A stretch of 64,000 nt of DNA from NCBI GenBank assembly GCA_900316035.1, contig ONBI01000007.1, forward strand, positions 988-64,987. The letters run 5' to 3'. The translations under genes were made by a program, and so were the position numbers. Shown here in pieces: positions 1 through 10,642 of this stretch. The DNA is from an uncultured Eubacteriales bacterium (GTDB lineage: Bacteria; Bacillota_I; Bacilli_A; RFN20; CAG-288). Below the pieces are notes generated by a model. It did no database searches. It was given only the letters and a program-made list of their open reading frames with translations, and had not been told where the DNA came from. How positions within the stretch are numbered: the stretch's first letter is position 1; each line of letters opens with the position of its first letter.

Positions 1-428
1 TTGGCAAGTTGGATAGAGCTGATGGAGGTGACATCGAAGATGTGGACTCCATCGATTACAGAAACCGAAATCAGCCATTCGAAGAACATGTTGAATAACG
101 GATAGGCGATAGCAAAGATCAGCGATTTCAGAGAATACTTCAGGCCGATGGTAAACAAGCCTAAAGCGAAGAAAGCCCAGGAGAAGATAAGAACATAGGT
201 GTTGACACTGAGCTGCGGCGTGAACCAATGCAGAATAATCGAAAGAGAGGAAACACCGCCATAGACGATGTTCATCGGGATGATGAAGAACGAATCGGCG
301 ATCGAATAAAGCAGGGCGCCAAGTAAGATATAAAGAGCGTTCACCACGATTTTCTTCGGCTTTTCATGAGCGAATTCGTGGCGGATCATCTCTTTCTCCT
401 TGTTCACCCAAAGAGAAAATTTCGACAT
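1..428 (-). CDS. YitT/DUF161-family integral membrane protein (N-terminal part; gene continues beyond window start)
   Basis: Minus-strand ATG at 426-428, preceded by GGAG 11 bp downstream of the prfB stop. Translation (MSKFSLWVNKEKEMIRHEFAHEKPKKIVVNALYILLGALLYSIADSFFIIPMNIVYGG...) is hydrophobic and polytopic like YitT family proteins. Absent from the ORF track because it is truncated by the window edge. Confidence 0.45.
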   Translation of the reverse strand, partial: MSKFSLWVNKEKEMIRHEFAHEKPKKIVVNALYILLGALLYSIADSFFIIPMNIVYGGVSSLSIILHWFTPQLSVNTYVLIFSWAFFALGLFTIGLKYSLKSLIFAIAYPLFNMFFEWLISVSVIDGVHIFDVTSISSIQLA

Positions 429-439
429 AGTTTTTCTCC

Positions 440-1571
440 TTAAGCAGTCTTTTTCGCGCTGTGCGTCCGCTTAAAATCCCACTTGAGATAGTTATCGATG
501 AATCCTTGGATATTGCCGTCCATCACCGACTGGACATTGACTTCGCTGTAATCGTCGCGATGGTCTTTGACCAAGGTATACGGGCAGAAGACATAGGAAC
601 GGATTTGGCTGGAGAAGGAGATATCCTTCTTCACACCGCCGAGTTTATCCATCTCGGCCTGTCTCTTCTTCTCTTCGAGCTGGAAGAGTTTCGACTTCAG
701 CATCGCCATACAGAATTCCTTATTGGCTAGTTGATCACGTTCGATCTGACAGGAGACAACAATCCCGGTCGGGAGATGCGTGATACGGACGGCAGATTCG
801 GTCTTGTTGACGTTCTGTCCACCGGCACCGGAAGAATGATAGGTATCGATTCTTAAATCGGTCGGATTGATCTTGATATCGATTCCTTCTTTGATCTCTG
901 GAACAACGGAGACGGAAGCAAAGGAAGTATGTCTAGAACCACCAGCATCAAACGGAGAGATACGGACAAGACGATGAACGCCGTTTTCTCCGCGTAAGTT
1001 TCCATAGGCATTCTTACCTGTCACTAAGAGAGTGGCAGAGGAGATACCGGCTTCTTCCCCTTCGATAAAATCCATGACGCGATAGTGGAAACCATAGGCT
1101 TCGCAATATCTTTCGTACATACGGAGAAGCATTCCCGCCCAATCGTGAGCTTCGGTTCCACCCGCTCCCGGATGGAATTCGAGAATAGCGTCTTCGCTAT
1201 CGTATTTGCCGGAGTAGAAAAGGTTTTTCTGGAAAGCATCGAAGTCTTTGCTCAGAGCGATAAGCTGCTGATCGGCATCAACAAAAATATCCTGATCCAT
1301 CTCTTCGTGAAGGAAGTCCAGGGATTCTTTGATACCGGCTAACTTCTTCTGATAATCGGCGATTGCGTTGATCTTACCGTTGCAGTCGGCAAGTTCGCGG
1401 TTGATGTCTTTGGCTAAAGCAGGGTTCTTCCAGAAAGCGGGATCCTCCGTTTTCTTGGATAGTTCCTCGGCGCGGGCTTGAAGTGCAGGGATGTCAAAGA
1501 CAGCCTTGCAAATCGAGCAGCTGCGCGTTTAACGAATCATAGGTGTTCTGTAAATCGGACAGTTCTTTCAT
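440..1571 (-). CDS. prfB: peptide chain release factor 2, with programmed +1 ribosomal frameshift
   Basis: Track ORF 440..1300 contains the RF2 hallmarks (SPF, GGQ motif in HSSGAGGQNVNKTESAVRITHLPTGIVV). The upstream frame-0 segment starts at ATG 1569-1571 and reads MKELSDLQNTYDSLNAQLLDLQGCL, then CTT TGA C (TGA at 1494-1496). This is the classic prfB autoregulatory shift site. Confidence 0.9.
1493..1499 (-). promoter_or_regulatory. prfB +1 frameshift site CTTTGAC (in-frame UGA)
   Basis: Reverse complement of 1493-1499 is CTTTGAC. Frame 0 terminates at the TGA; the +1 frame continues DIPALQARAEEL... into the main RF2 ORF. Confidence 0.85.
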
Positions 1572-1655
1572 TGTTCGGCACTCCTTTCTATTTATATATT
1601 ACGTATCGAAGAAGCCTACCCCTCAGGGAATACTTAGAGAGGTAGGCTTGATTCA

Positions 1656-4178
1656 TCAGTTGATCTTCGCCTGCGGATTCGAACGGTCGATGCCGTCATC
1701 ATCCGGGGTGATGTTCGAAACGGCGCTCGGATTGAACTTGACTTTCTCCGGAGTCAATCCAGGGGCTTTCTGGTTGACCGGAGCCTTCTGGATGTTCTCG
1801 TGAACCGCGCTCGGGTTCTGACGGAAGACAACATGGAGAAGCGTGCGGACGATATCGATAGCGATGGCGTTATTCATATCGTCGAACATCTTGAAGCCTT
1901 CGTTGGTGTAAGCCTGAAGCGGGTCGGTCTGCGCATAAGAACGAAGCCAGATGGCATCACGGAGCTTCGACATCTGGTCGATGTGCTTCGTCCAACGTCT
2001 ATCGATAGAATCCAAGGTGACGGTCTTCTCGGCGAAATTACGCATATCGTCGGTCCAATCTTTGCTGTGTTCGTTATAAGCTTTTTCTAAACGGGCCGCT
2101 AAGATTTCAATCGCATCCTGAAGGTTAGCTCCATCGAAAGGTTCGGCCGGGCAGATATCCGGAGAAACCGAGAGAGTCTTGACGCAGGCTTCCTGAAGTT
2201 TCTTACCATCGATAACCTGTTCCTGATCCTTGGTGTAGACCGCTTCGGAGCAGATCTTCTTCGCTGTGGTCTTGAAGTAATCCGGAAGCGTATCGGAGAC
2301 AGAAGCAGAATAGAGGATGTGATCACGTCTTTCGTAGATGAATTTTCTCTGACGGGAGAGAACGTCATCGTAGTTGAGAAGCTGTTTACGGGTATCGAAG
2401 TTCTGCCCTTCCACACGCTTCTGCGCCTGGGTAATAGAAGAAGACATCATCTTCGACTGGAAGGCTTCATCTCCGAGCTTCTCGTATAACTCCTTGCTCG
2501 ACTTACGGCCGAAGCGGATAAAGATATCATCTTCAAGGGAGACATAGAAGCGGGAATAACCCGGATCACCCTGACGGCCGGAACGGCCTTTGAGCTGGTT
2601 ATCGATACGACGGGATTCGTTTCTTTCGGTAGCAAGAACCGCAAGACCGCCTAATTCCTTGACCCCAGGGCCAAGCTTAATATCGGTACCACGGCCTGCC
2701 ATGTTGGTTGCGATCGTAACCGCACCACGCTGACCCGCCTGCGCGATAATCGCCGCTTCACGGGCGTGGTTCTTCGCGTTGAGAACCTCGTGCGGAATTC
2801 CTAAAGCATTGAGCTTCATATCGACGATTTCAGACTTTTCGACCGAAGGCGTACCGATAAGGACCGGCTGACCAAGGTCGTGTCTGCGTTTGACTTCCGC
2901 AACAAGAGCGTTGTATTTTGCTTCCGCATTTCCGAAGAGAAGATCCTTATCATCGATACGGATGACAGGCTTATTGGTCGGGATGCAGATAACACGCATG
3001 TTGTAGACCTTACGGAACTCCTCTTCCTCGGTCTTCGCCGTACCGGTCATACCGGAGAGCTTATCGTAAAGACGGAAGAAGTTCTGATAAGTGATAGTCG
3101 CAAGAGTGACCGTCTCCGGTTTGATTTCGACGTGTTCCTTCGCCTGGATAGCCTGCTGTAAACCATCGGAGTATTCACGGCCTTTCATAACACGGCCGGT
3201 GAAACCATCGATTAAGAGAATCTCGTTATCCTGAACCATGTATTCAGTATCACGCTTCATGATGTAGTTGGCTTTTAAAGCCTGCGTGATACGGTGGGTT
3301 AAATCCGCCCACTGAGCATCGTAGAGGTTATCGATCGAATACATCTTCTCGACTAAGGCAACACCCTTATCGGTCAAGGAAGCAACCTTCTTTTCGACAT
3401 CGATTGTGTAATCTCTATCCTTACGCATCATCTTGACGACACGGTCCGCAGTGACATAGGAAGAAGCGGTGATGCCGCTACCACCGGAAATGATAAGCGG
3501 GGTACGGGATTCATCGATAAGAATGGAATCGGCTTCATCGACGATAGCGAAGTGAAGACCGCGTAAGACACGGTTCTGGACCGATTTCGCCATGTTATCA
3601 CGAAGATAATCGAAGCCTAATTCGGAGTTGGTCGTATAGGTGATATCGCACTTATAGGCTTCCTGCTTTTCCTGCGTCGACTTCTCACGGAGGTTGACAC
3701 CGACGGTGAGACCTAAGAAACGATAAATGTTACCCATCCACTCGGCATCACGGGAAGCGAGGTATTCGTTGACGGTGACGACGTGGACACCTTTACCGGC
3801 AAGGGCGTTGAGATAAACGGCCATAGTGGCGGTAAGAGTCTTACCTTCACCGGTCTTCATTTCGGCGACATCGCCTTCGTTTAAAACGGTGGAACCGAAG
3901 ACCTGAACCGGGTAAGGATACTGGCCTAAAACACGGCGGCCGGCTTCACGGGCAGTCGCAAACGCTTCCGGAAGAATCTCATCGAGAGCATCCTCAAGCT
4001 TCATGCCACCGGCCTGTAAGTCGGCAAGTTTTTTCTTGAGGTAGGGAGTCATCGCTTTCAGCTGATCATCAGTGAATTTGGCATAATCATCGCCTAAGGC
4101 TAAAACCGGAGCAGCTTTCTTTTCAATCTTCTTAAAAGCACGCTGGTCAATTCGGAATACCTTGTCTAAAAAGCTCAT
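1656..4178 (-). CDS. secA: preprotein translocase ATPase SecA
   Basis: The ~840-aa translation has the SecA DEAD motor, pre-protein cross-linking domain and helical scaffold (VLALGDDYAKFTDDQLKAMTP..., MKTGEGKTL, LIGTPSVEKSE). The likely true start is ATG 4176-4178, downstream of a GAGGAG SD. The track start 4211 adds 11 aa. Confidence 0.93.
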   Translation of the reverse strand: MSFLDKVFRIDQRAFKKIEKKAAPVLALGDDYAKFTDDQLKAMTPYLKKKLADLQAGGMKLEDALDEILPEAFATAREAGRRVLGQYPYPVQVFGSTVLNEGDVAEMKTGEGKTLTATMAVYLNALAGKGVHVVTVNEYLASRDAEWMGNIYRFLGLTVGVNLREKSTQEKQEAYKCDITYTTNSELGFDYLRDNMAKSVQNRVLRGLHFAIVDEADSILIDESRTPLIISGGSGITASSYVTADRVVKMMRKDRDYTIDVEKKVASLTDKGVALVEKMYSIDNLYDAQWADLTHRITQALKANYIMKRDTEYMVQDNEILLIDGFTGRVMKGREYSDGLQQAIQAKEHVEIKPETVTLATITYQNFFRLYDKLSGMTGTAKTEEEEFRKVYNMRVICIPTNKPVIRIDDKDLLFGNAEAKYNALVAEVKRRHDLGQPVLIGTPSVEKSEIVDMKLNALGIPHEVLNAKNHAREAAIIAQAGQRGAVTIATNMAGRGTDIKLGPGVKELGGLAVLATERNESRRIDNQLKGRSGRQGDPGYSRFYVSLEDDIFIRFGRKSSKELYEKLGDEAFQSKMMSSSITQAQKRVEGQNFDTRKQLLNYDDVLSRQRKFIYERRDHILYSASVSDTLPDYFKTTAKKICSEAVYTKDQEQVIDGKKLQEACVKTLSVSPDICPAEPFDGANLQDAIEILAARLEKAYNEHSKDWTDDMRNFAEKTVTLDSIDRRWTKHIDQMSKLRDAIWLRSYAQTDPLQAYTNEGFKMFDDMNNAIAIDIVRTLLHVVFRQNPSAVHENIQKAPVNQKAPGLTPEKVKFNPSAVSNITPDDDGIDRSNPQAKIN

Positions 4179-4618
4179 GTTAGCAGTCTCCTCGTGTTCG
4201 TGGAATAGCACTCACAGCCCTCAAAGCTCATAAAGAAAAGGACGCCTTGAGGAATGCGCCTCTAAAACTATATCATCTTTTAGAGAAGAAAAAAATATTA
4301 TTATTCTTATACAGAGGTTAATTACGCAGCCGAGAACCGGCAATGGAAAAGAACCCTCCACTCGTAAGTCCGCTTCAAGGTTTTCGATAGTTTCAACATT
4401 TGGTTGATATCCAACAGAAGTTGACAATTCTACGTAAAAGCCAAAGAATCTTTTTCGGTTTTTGCAACAAATATACCTTTTTTGTTCCATTATTCTAAAA
4501 AAGTAGACTTTCGCGATATTCTTCTTTGCAAACAAAGTTTCTTTTCACTAGAATAAGCCCGACAGGAAAAGATACTTCCGTACTTTTCCCTGTATCATGA
4601 ATGGGGGAATAAAAAATC

Positions 4619-5095
4619 ATGAGAAAGTCGTTACGTGCTTTTGCTGCTTTAGGTGTCTTAGCTCTTTCGTTAACTGGTTGCGCTAAGGAAGTCAGCTATG
4701 CGGATTTCAACACTGCCGCCAAGGCTGTTGAATCTCATACCTACAAATCCTGCACCGTCAAGGGTTCCTACAAGGCCAAATCCGGTAATACCACTACCGA
4801 TAAGAGCGATATCAACTACGATTTAGCTCTCACTCTCGGTGTCTGGGCTCCGGCCAAGACTGCGGATTTAACCGATGCCACCGCTATTGCTGTTGCTGCT
4901 TTCGCTAACTATTCTGCCAAGTCTGTTTCCGAAATCGATGGTGCGAAATACTATATCAACGGATTCAAGGTCGTCGATGGCGATGATACCGAAGAATTCG
5001 ATAAGTATGGTTACATCACCAGCTATACTTCCAAGACCACGAAGGATAATGGCGACTATGTCAACGCCAAGCTTACCTTCTCCTGGAAAGACTAA
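4619..5095 (+). CDS. lipoprotein, function unknown
   Basis: Signal peptide with lipobox (MRKSLRAFAALGVLALSLTGC), good SD context, and a rho-independent terminator downstream. Confidence 0.6.
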   Translation: MRKSLRAFAALGVLALSLTGCAKEVSYADFNTAAKAVESHTYKSCTVKGSYKAKSGNTTTDKSDINYDLALTLGVWAPAKTADLTDATAIAVAAFANYSAKSVSEIDGAKYYINGFKVVDGDDTEEFDKYGYITSYTSKTTKDNGDYVNAKLTFSWKD

Positions 5096-5118
5096 TCTTC
5101 GTTAAGTAATGGCAAACG

Positions 5119-5150
5119 GCTTCCCCGAGCAAAATCGAGGAAGTTTTTCT
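5119..5150 (+). terminator. intrinsic terminator after lipoprotein gene
   Basis: Stem CTTCCCCGAG / CTCGAGGAAG followed by a T-run. Confidence 0.5.
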
Positions 5151-5184
5151 TTTGTCTTTTTTTCGTCTAGCTTAAACTAATGGT

Positions 5185-6840
5185 ATGAACAGCAAAGAAT
5201 TCTTAAAAGAACATGCCGTCTATCAGATTTATCCGATTTCATTCTGTGATTCTAATGGAGACGGAAAAGGAGATCTGAGAGGTATTATCTCTAAATTAGA
5301 TTACCTAAAAGATTTAGGTATCCGGATCCTTTGGTTATCCCCAATCTATAAATCCCCGATGTTTGATATGGGCTATGACATCGCCGATTATCGGAACATC
5401 AATCCAATCTTTGGAACGATGGAAGATTTTGACGAGCTCTTAGCCGAAGTCAATAAACGAGGCATGAAACTCGTGATGGATTTGGTGGTGAATCATACTT
5501 CGGACCAACATCCTTGGTTTCAGGAAGCTCTGAAAAATCCGCAGTCGAAATACCGAGATTACTATGTCTTCCGCAAAGGAAGGAAAGACAAGAAAGGAAA
5601 CTACACCTATCCGAACAACTGGACCAGCAACTTCACCGGTCCCGCCTGGGAAAAAGTTCCCGGAGAAGAAGGTATGTATTACCTCCATATCTTCTCAAAG
5701 CAACAGCCGGATCTGAACTGGCATAACCCTGCTGTTCTCAAAGAAGTCGAAGATATCATGGCATTCTGGATGGATAAAGGTGTCTATGGTTTCCGCTGTG
5801 ATGTCATTTCCGAAATATATAAAGAAAGTTACGAAGATGGTAAGAAGGCATCTCCTTTTGCACCGGTAGGAGTGGAACACTATGTAGCCACCCAAGGTAA
5901 CCACGAAATCCTTCAGAAAATTCAAAAGGATGTAGTCGAACCGAGAGGTGGTGTTCTGATTGGGGAATGCGGTGGTCCGATAACTACCGAAGACGGAAAG
6001 AAGTACGAAGAGAACGGAGAACTCGATACTTTCTTTGAGTTCGATATCGCAAATCTCAACCCATCTCTGCTCTCGATGAAAATCCCGCCGAAAAAATTAA
6101 AAGAAGCCATCATCCGTTGGCAAACGGAAGTCGATTGGAACGGTAACTACCTTGAAAATCATGATCAGCATCGTGTTTTCAACCGCTATGTGTATGGGAA
6201 AGACGAACTCATGGGAGCAAAGATGCTCCTCACTCTACAATATACTTTGCGGGGAACTCCTTTTATCTATCAAGGTCAGGAGTTTGCCTCTCATGATTAT
6301 CCAAAGCCGTTAAGAATCGAAGAATGTACGGACTGTGTGACGAAAGCTACGTATCAGATTGCCCGCGGCTATCATCTTCCGAAGAAACTGAGTCTAAGGT
6401 TAGCGCATCGCTATGGAAGAGAAGATGAAAGAGCACCGATGGCTTTCGATAACGAAAGTCCGGATTTCGGTTTCTCCAGCAATCCGAAGGCAAAGCCTTG
6501 GCAACCCTATAATCCGCTGAGTCAGAAATACAACGCAAAAGATGCCTTAAAAAATTCACAAAGTGTTCTATCTTTCTTCAAGAAAATCAATGCCTTGAGA
6601 GAAGAAAAGCAAGTCTTCACTTATGGTTCGATTTCGTTCTTAGAATCTCCGGAAGATGTTCTTGTCTATACAAGAGAAACGAAGGAGGCGAAAGCTCTTG
6701 TCGTATTGAATCTAAGCAATAAAAAGAGGAAGATTCCAGAATCATTATCTTACTATAAAGATAAAAAGTTGTTATTAGAAAACTACTCTGAAGAATCAAA
6801 AATATTACGTCCTTATGAAGCCTTAGTTTTCCTTCTTTGA
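5185..6840 (+). CDS. GH13 alpha-glucosidase / oligo-1,6-glucosidase
   Basis: 551 aa, with GH13 conserved regions (YQIYPISFCDSNGDGKGDLRGI, DLVVNHTSDQHPWF, GFRCDVI, ENHDQHR). Confidence 0.85.
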   Translation: MNSKEFLKEHAVYQIYPISFCDSNGDGKGDLRGIISKLDYLKDLGIRILWLSPIYKSPMFDMGYDIADYRNINPIFGTMEDFDELLAEVNKRGMKLVMDLVVNHTSDQHPWFQEALKNPQSKYRDYYVFRKGRKDKKGNYTYPNNWTSNFTGPAWEKVPGEEGMYYLHIFSKQQPDLNWHNPAVLKEVEDIMAFWMDKGVYGFRCDVISEIYKESYEDGKKASPFAPVGVEHYVATQGNHEILQKIQKDVVEPRGGVLIGECGGPITTEDGKKYEENGELDTFFEFDIANLNPSLLSMKIPPKKLKEAIIRWQTEVDWNGNYLENHDQHRVFNRYVYGKDELMGAKMLLTLQYTLRGTPFIYQGQEFASHDYPKPLRIEECTDCVTKATYQIARGYHLPKKLSLRLAHRYGREDERAPMAFDNESPDFGFSSNPKAKPWQPYNPLSQKYNAKDALKNSQSVLSFFKKINALREEKQVFTYGSISFLESPEDVLVYTRETKEAKALVVLNLSNKKRKIPESLSYYKDKKLLLENYSEESKILRPYEALVFLL

Positions 6841-7335
6841 TTTGATGTGGAAAACAAGATAAAGAACAAGGCTGCCTAAGAAGAAAACCGAAGTCAGAAT
6901 CCCATTAAGATAGGATCCGTATTCCGGATAGATGTTCATTTCTCTACAGGAGAAAAGAGTTCCTAAGGCTAAGAAAGCAGCTGCTATTTTCAGTACATAT
7001 ACAATCGCTAACACAAGCGCAAAACGCTTTTCCTTTTTCTCTTCTTTGTTTCCTAAAGCAAGCAGAGAAAAGACAAGTAAGAACAAAGTCAGGCAATAAC
7101 AAACTAAGTATGCGGAAGTAGAGAGATAAAGGGAACCCGCTTCTCTATCCTGAAGATAAAAAAAGGAAGAAAAGCCACTGACAAAAGTGTAGCTATCTTT
7201 ACTGGGCGTTCCTAGTACAGCAAAGAATGGTAAGAAGAAAGCAAAGGCAGAAAAGAAGAGAGATACCCAGGCGTAGCTCTTCTCTTTCGTCCAATTCTCT
7301 TTAATGGGATTACTCTTAAAATGCATTTCGTTCAT
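6823..7335 (-). CDS. small polytopic membrane protein, unknown function
   Basis: Hydrophobic 170-aa ORF with several predicted TM helices and coding-like composition. Confidence 0.4.
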   Translation of the reverse strand: MNEMHFKSNPIKENWTKEKSYAWVSLFFSAFAFFLPFFAVLGTPSKDSYTFVSGFSSFFYLQDREAGSLYLSTSAYLVCYCLTLFLLVFSLLALGNKEEKKEKRFALVLAIVYVLKIAAAFLALGTLFSCREMNIYPEYGSYLNGILTSVFFLGSLVLYLVFHIKSKKEN

Positions 7336-7435
7336 ACTTTGAAATACTAACTGCGAGAAAAGAAAAAGGCAATAAAAATTGGCTTCTCTCTACTCCGAGA
7401 AAGAAGCCGACAGGGATTCATTACTTAAAGAAGAA

Positions 7436-7903
7436 TTACTTCTTGATGACAGTATCGCAGAGCGGAACAAGTCCGACAAGAGCGGCTAAGATAAGAAGGA
7501 TGCCGTTGAAGATAGCAGCAACACCTAAATCTCCACCACCATTGAAAGCACTGGTGCAGAAATAAAGGATACCGGCAACTAAAGCAAGAACAGAGCCGAT
7601 AGCCGAAGTACCGACATTGCAAAGATCTTCTTTGACAAGATACTTCAGAGCAATCGCACCGCCGAAGCAGAGGAAGGCAAGAAGCATCAGGATCCAAGCA
7701 ACTAAGTCACCGGCTAAGAGACCATCTCCGAAAGTGAGGGAATAAAGAGAGACCGAAACCGTCATTCCGAATCCCGAAGCCGAAAGACCGGCACCGAATG
7801 GAATAAAGAAGCAGATGAAGGTGAGAAGAGCAGCACAACCATAGAAACAGACATTCAGCTTACGTAACTTCTCCATAAAAGAGAACCTCCTATTTTTTCG
7901 CAA
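7436..7903 (-). CDS. small polytopic membrane protein, unknown function
   Basis: 155-aa hydrophobic ORF with 4-5 TM segments. Confidence 0.45.
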   Translation of the reverse strand: MRKNRRFSFMEKLRKLNVCFYGCAALLTFICFFIPFGAGLSASGFGMTVSVSLYSLTFGDGLLAGDLVAWILMLLAFLCFGGAIALKYLVKEDLCNVGTSAIGSVLALVAGILYFCTSAFNGGGDLGVAAIFNGILLILAALVGLVPLCDTVIKK

Positions 7904-8041
7904 TCATTATAGCCTCTACTTCTTCTTTTTTCTCCTTTCTGAAGCGCTTTTCTGAACTATTTTTCCAAGAAGCTCTGAAGGCGTCTCTTTGCTAGGAAAA
8001 AGAAAGAGAAAAAAGAGAGGTAGAAGGGTATAATAAAAGCC

Positions 8042-9028
8042 ATGAACGAACAAGACCATACAGAAAAAATCACCTTTGGAAACATCTGCTTACGACTCCT
8101 TCAGGGCCTGCTTTTAGGTTTCACCTGCGGAGTTCCTCTTTTCAATACGAACGCCTTAAAAGAAACCCTAGGTTTCCGTAAAGAAAGAGAATTAGCGGAA
8201 AGCAAGACAATCCAGGATCGTCTTCTTTTCTTGTTGACGCATCGTCTAAGCTATCTTATAGGAGCTTTGGTTGGATTTTTCCTTTTCTTCTATGTTCCGG
8301 TTTCGATGCTCAAAGAGAATTATGCAACCGCCGTCTATGCCGCTATCGGTTCCATGAGTTTAGGTTTCTGTGTTCTGGAAGGATACCGTTTCTTCCGCGC
8401 AAGAAAGAACACTACCAGTTATATTCGTTCTGCGATTCTCTTCTTTGTCGTCTTCATCGGATTCCTTCTCTGCACCATGTTTATCAAAGAACCTACCGAA
8501 CTGACCGGCGGAAAAGTAGCTCTGGCTTTCTTCTTATTCCTCGTTGCCAGTTTCCTTCTCTGTTTTACCGGATTCAGCATCGGAACAATCTTCTATTTCT
8601 TCAATAACTATGTTCTCTATTCTTCCGCTTTGAATACGTTCCTTTATAAACACACAAACGTCTCCTTATTTGTCGTCACTTTCTTAGGAATTGCTCTCGG
8701 TTATGTCGGGTATCAATTCTTCGACCATTTCTTTGTTCAACATAAAAAGCGGGTTTTAGGAAGATACTCGTTAGCTGCCGAAAAACACGCCCTTGGTTTT
8801 GCTTTCACATTGACCAGTGTCTTCGTTTCTTTCCTCTTTAAAATGCATGCTCCTTATTATTCCAATGTCACCACGCAGTACGTTCAGCTCATCACCATCC
8901 TCACCTGTGCTTTTGCAGGTCTCTTTGTCTCTATCGGTCTTACGATCCACGGTTATCGTAGACTCAATAGAGAGGATTACCGTGAAATGAATTCTCTTCC
9001 TCTTCCGAAAGGTAGCAACAAGCGATGA
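8042..9028 (+). CDS. polytopic membrane protein (DUF368-like?), unknown function
   Basis: 328-aa multi-TM protein whose stop overlaps the start of the downstream pseudouridine synthase gene. Confidence 0.45.
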   Translation: MNEQDHTEKITFGNICLRLLQGLLLGFTCGVPLFNTNALKETLGFRKERELAESKTIQDRLLFLLTHRLSYLIGALVGFFLFFYVPVSMLKENYATAVYAAIGSMSLGFCVLEGYRFFRARKNTTSYIRSAILFFVVFIGFLLCTMFIKEPTELTGGKVALAFFLFLVASFLLCFTGFSIGTIFYFFNNYVLYSSALNTFLYKHTNVSLFVVTFLGIALGYVGYQFFDHFFVQHKKRVLGRYSLAAEKHALGFAFTLTSVFVSFLFKMHAPYYSNVTTQYVQLITILTCAFAGLFVSIGLTIHGYRRLNREDYREMNSLPLPKGSNKR

Positions 9029-9744
9029 GAATCGATCGTTTTCTTTCTATTCACGGCTACGGGTCGAGAAGAGCCTCTAAGAAAGTCCTCCGCCGCTTCG
9101 AAGTCAAAGTGAACGGCAAAGTCATCTCCGATTATTCGCTTCAGATCAAAGGAAGCGACCGCATCGAAGTAGACGGCAAAGAGATTCCGAATGTCCCTTA
9201 TACGATTCTGATGCTCAATAAACCAGCCGGCTATATGTGCTCGATGAAGGATGAAAACTATCCTTCGGTAATGAATCTCATTCCGGAAGAATACCGTTCC
9301 CGATTACGGATGGTCGGAAGACTTGACCAGGATACCACCGGTCTTCTCTTACTGACCGATAACGGGGTTCTTAATGCGAGGCTTGCTCATCCCCATACCG
9401 AAGTCACGAAGACTTATGCGGTGACCGTAAACCATATTCTCAGACCGACCTTAGTAGACCTGATGAATCAACCTCTCGATATCGGAAGAGGAGAAACAGC
9501 GGCACCTTCCAAGCTTACGATCTTAGATGAATATCACGCTACGTTGACCGTAACCGAAGGAAAATATCATGAAGTCAAGCGCATCTTCGGTCATTTCTCC
9601 TATGATGTAGTTGCCCTGAAAAGAATCGCCTTAGGTCCGATCACCTTAGGAGATCTTGAAGAAGGTAAAACCAGAATCTTAAGTGAAGAAGAAGGTGATA
9701 GCCTATTAGCGATCTGCCATCTTCAGAAAGGAGATCAGTTATGA
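9025..9744 (+). CDS. rsuA: rRNA pseudouridine synthase, RsuA/RluB family (S4 domain + PseudoU_synth_2)
   Basis: S4 RNA-binding N-terminus (RIDRFLSIHGYGSRRASKKVL) and catalytic Asp motif (RLDQDTTGLLLLTDNG). The 239-aa size fits RsuA. Confidence 0.75.
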   Translation: MRIDRFLSIHGYGSRRASKKVLRRFEVKVNGKVISDYSLQIKGSDRIEVDGKEIPNVPYTILMLNKPAGYMCSMKDENYPSVMNLIPEEYRSRLRMVGRLDQDTTGLLLLTDNGVLNARLAHPHTEVTKTYAVTVNHILRPTLVDLMNQPLDIGRGETAAPSKLTILDEYHATLTVTEGKYHEVKRIFGHFSYDVVALKRIALGPITLGDLEEGKTRILSEEEGDSLLAICHLQKGDQL

Positions 9745-10262
9745 GTGTCATTTGTCCTCATTGCGGAAAAGAGAACACAGTTCCCTTCTCCGACAGCGTC
9801 TATCATACCCACGGGTATGAATGCGAAGACTGCAAGAAAGATTTCGGTGTCGACGATGGAAAGAAACTGAAAGAGAAAGAAGATAACTTAGTTTCTTTCT
9901 CTTATGAGAAAAAACATAAGGACGGAGAAGAAAACCGTGTCCTTATCGAAGAAAAAGACGGAAAGATCCTTTTAGAGCCTTCCGTCCTCCACGCAAACCA
10001 TATGCTCGAACCGATTGAGCCGCAGGATATCACAGATATATGGCAGAAGCTCAAGGTTCTATTCTTTGAGCAACTCTTCATCCTCGATTGGGATAAGACT
10101 TTGACCGGTTTCATCACTCCTCAGAGTGAATCCTACCGCTTGGTTCTCACTTTCAAAGATAAAGAAGAGATCACCTATACCGGAGAAAACCGTTTTCCAC
10201 CGTATCTTCCTGCTCTCGATCATCTCTTTGAATATTTCTTCGAAACCGGAGATTCGAAATGA
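9741..10262 (+). CDS. hypothetical protein with N-terminal zinc-ribbon (CPHCG...CEDC)
   Basis: ATGA start/stop overlap with rsuA indicates translational coupling. 173 aa with a Cys4 ribbon and no recognisable catalytic domain. Confidence 0.45.
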   Translation: MSVICPHCGKENTVPFSDSVYHTHGYECEDCKKDFGVDDGKKLKEKEDNLVSFSYEKKHKDGEENRVLIEEKDGKILLEPSVLHANHMLEPIEPQDITDIWQKLKVLFFEQLFILDWDKTLTGFITPQSESYRLVLTFKDKEEITYTGENRFPPYLPALDHLFEYFFETGDSK

Positions 10263-10642
10263 AAGGCATCCGTTCGCTTTCGTTCTGGAAACGGAACCCT
10301 AACTCGGTCGAATCCGTCTATCGCCTGACACTGAAGCCTAGCCAAGATGGCTACACGATGGTGACCAGCGATGAAAACGGAGAGAAGACAAGAAACTTAT
10401 CCACGAACGAAGTCAATTCGCTTCTGAATCTTCTTTTCGTCTCCTATGATCTCGACCATACCGAAGAACAGTACAAAGCCTATAAATACGAAAACAATCC
10501 GAACGATTTCAATCTGAAGTTCTTCTTAGAGATCGACTTCAAGGATTACACCTATCTCTGTATCAAAGGATTGCATCCTTTCAAGCAACCGCACTTCAAA
10601 GAAATCATGGATACCTTCTCCCCGCTGATCGAAGGGAAGTGA
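10259..10642 (+). CDS. hypothetical protein
   Basis: 127-aa ORF coupled by ATGA overlap to the upstream ORF. Confidence 0.4.
   Translation: MKGIRSLSFWKRNPNSVESVYRLTLKPSQDGYTMVTSDENGEKTRNLSTNEVNSLLNLLFVSYDLDHTEEQYKAYKYENNPNDFNLKFFLEIDFKDYTYLCIKGLHPFKQPHFKEIMDTFSPLIEGK

Noticed and set aside
1800-3200. Multiple 60-105-aa ORFs antisense to, or out of frame within, secA, and similar ORFs inside groEL, the permease, dnaX, etc.
   Set aside because: They are fully embedded in well-supported long genes, have no independent signals and are treated as spurious.
4221-4535. 104-aa minus-strand ORF in the secA upstream region
   Set aside because: It lies in the AT-rich divergent promoter/5'-UTR region, has no SD and is rich in rare residues. 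It is more likely a non-coding leader. An 8-bp perfect inverted repeat CTCTAAAA…TTTTAGAG (4259-4290) is present there, but I cannot assign it a function.
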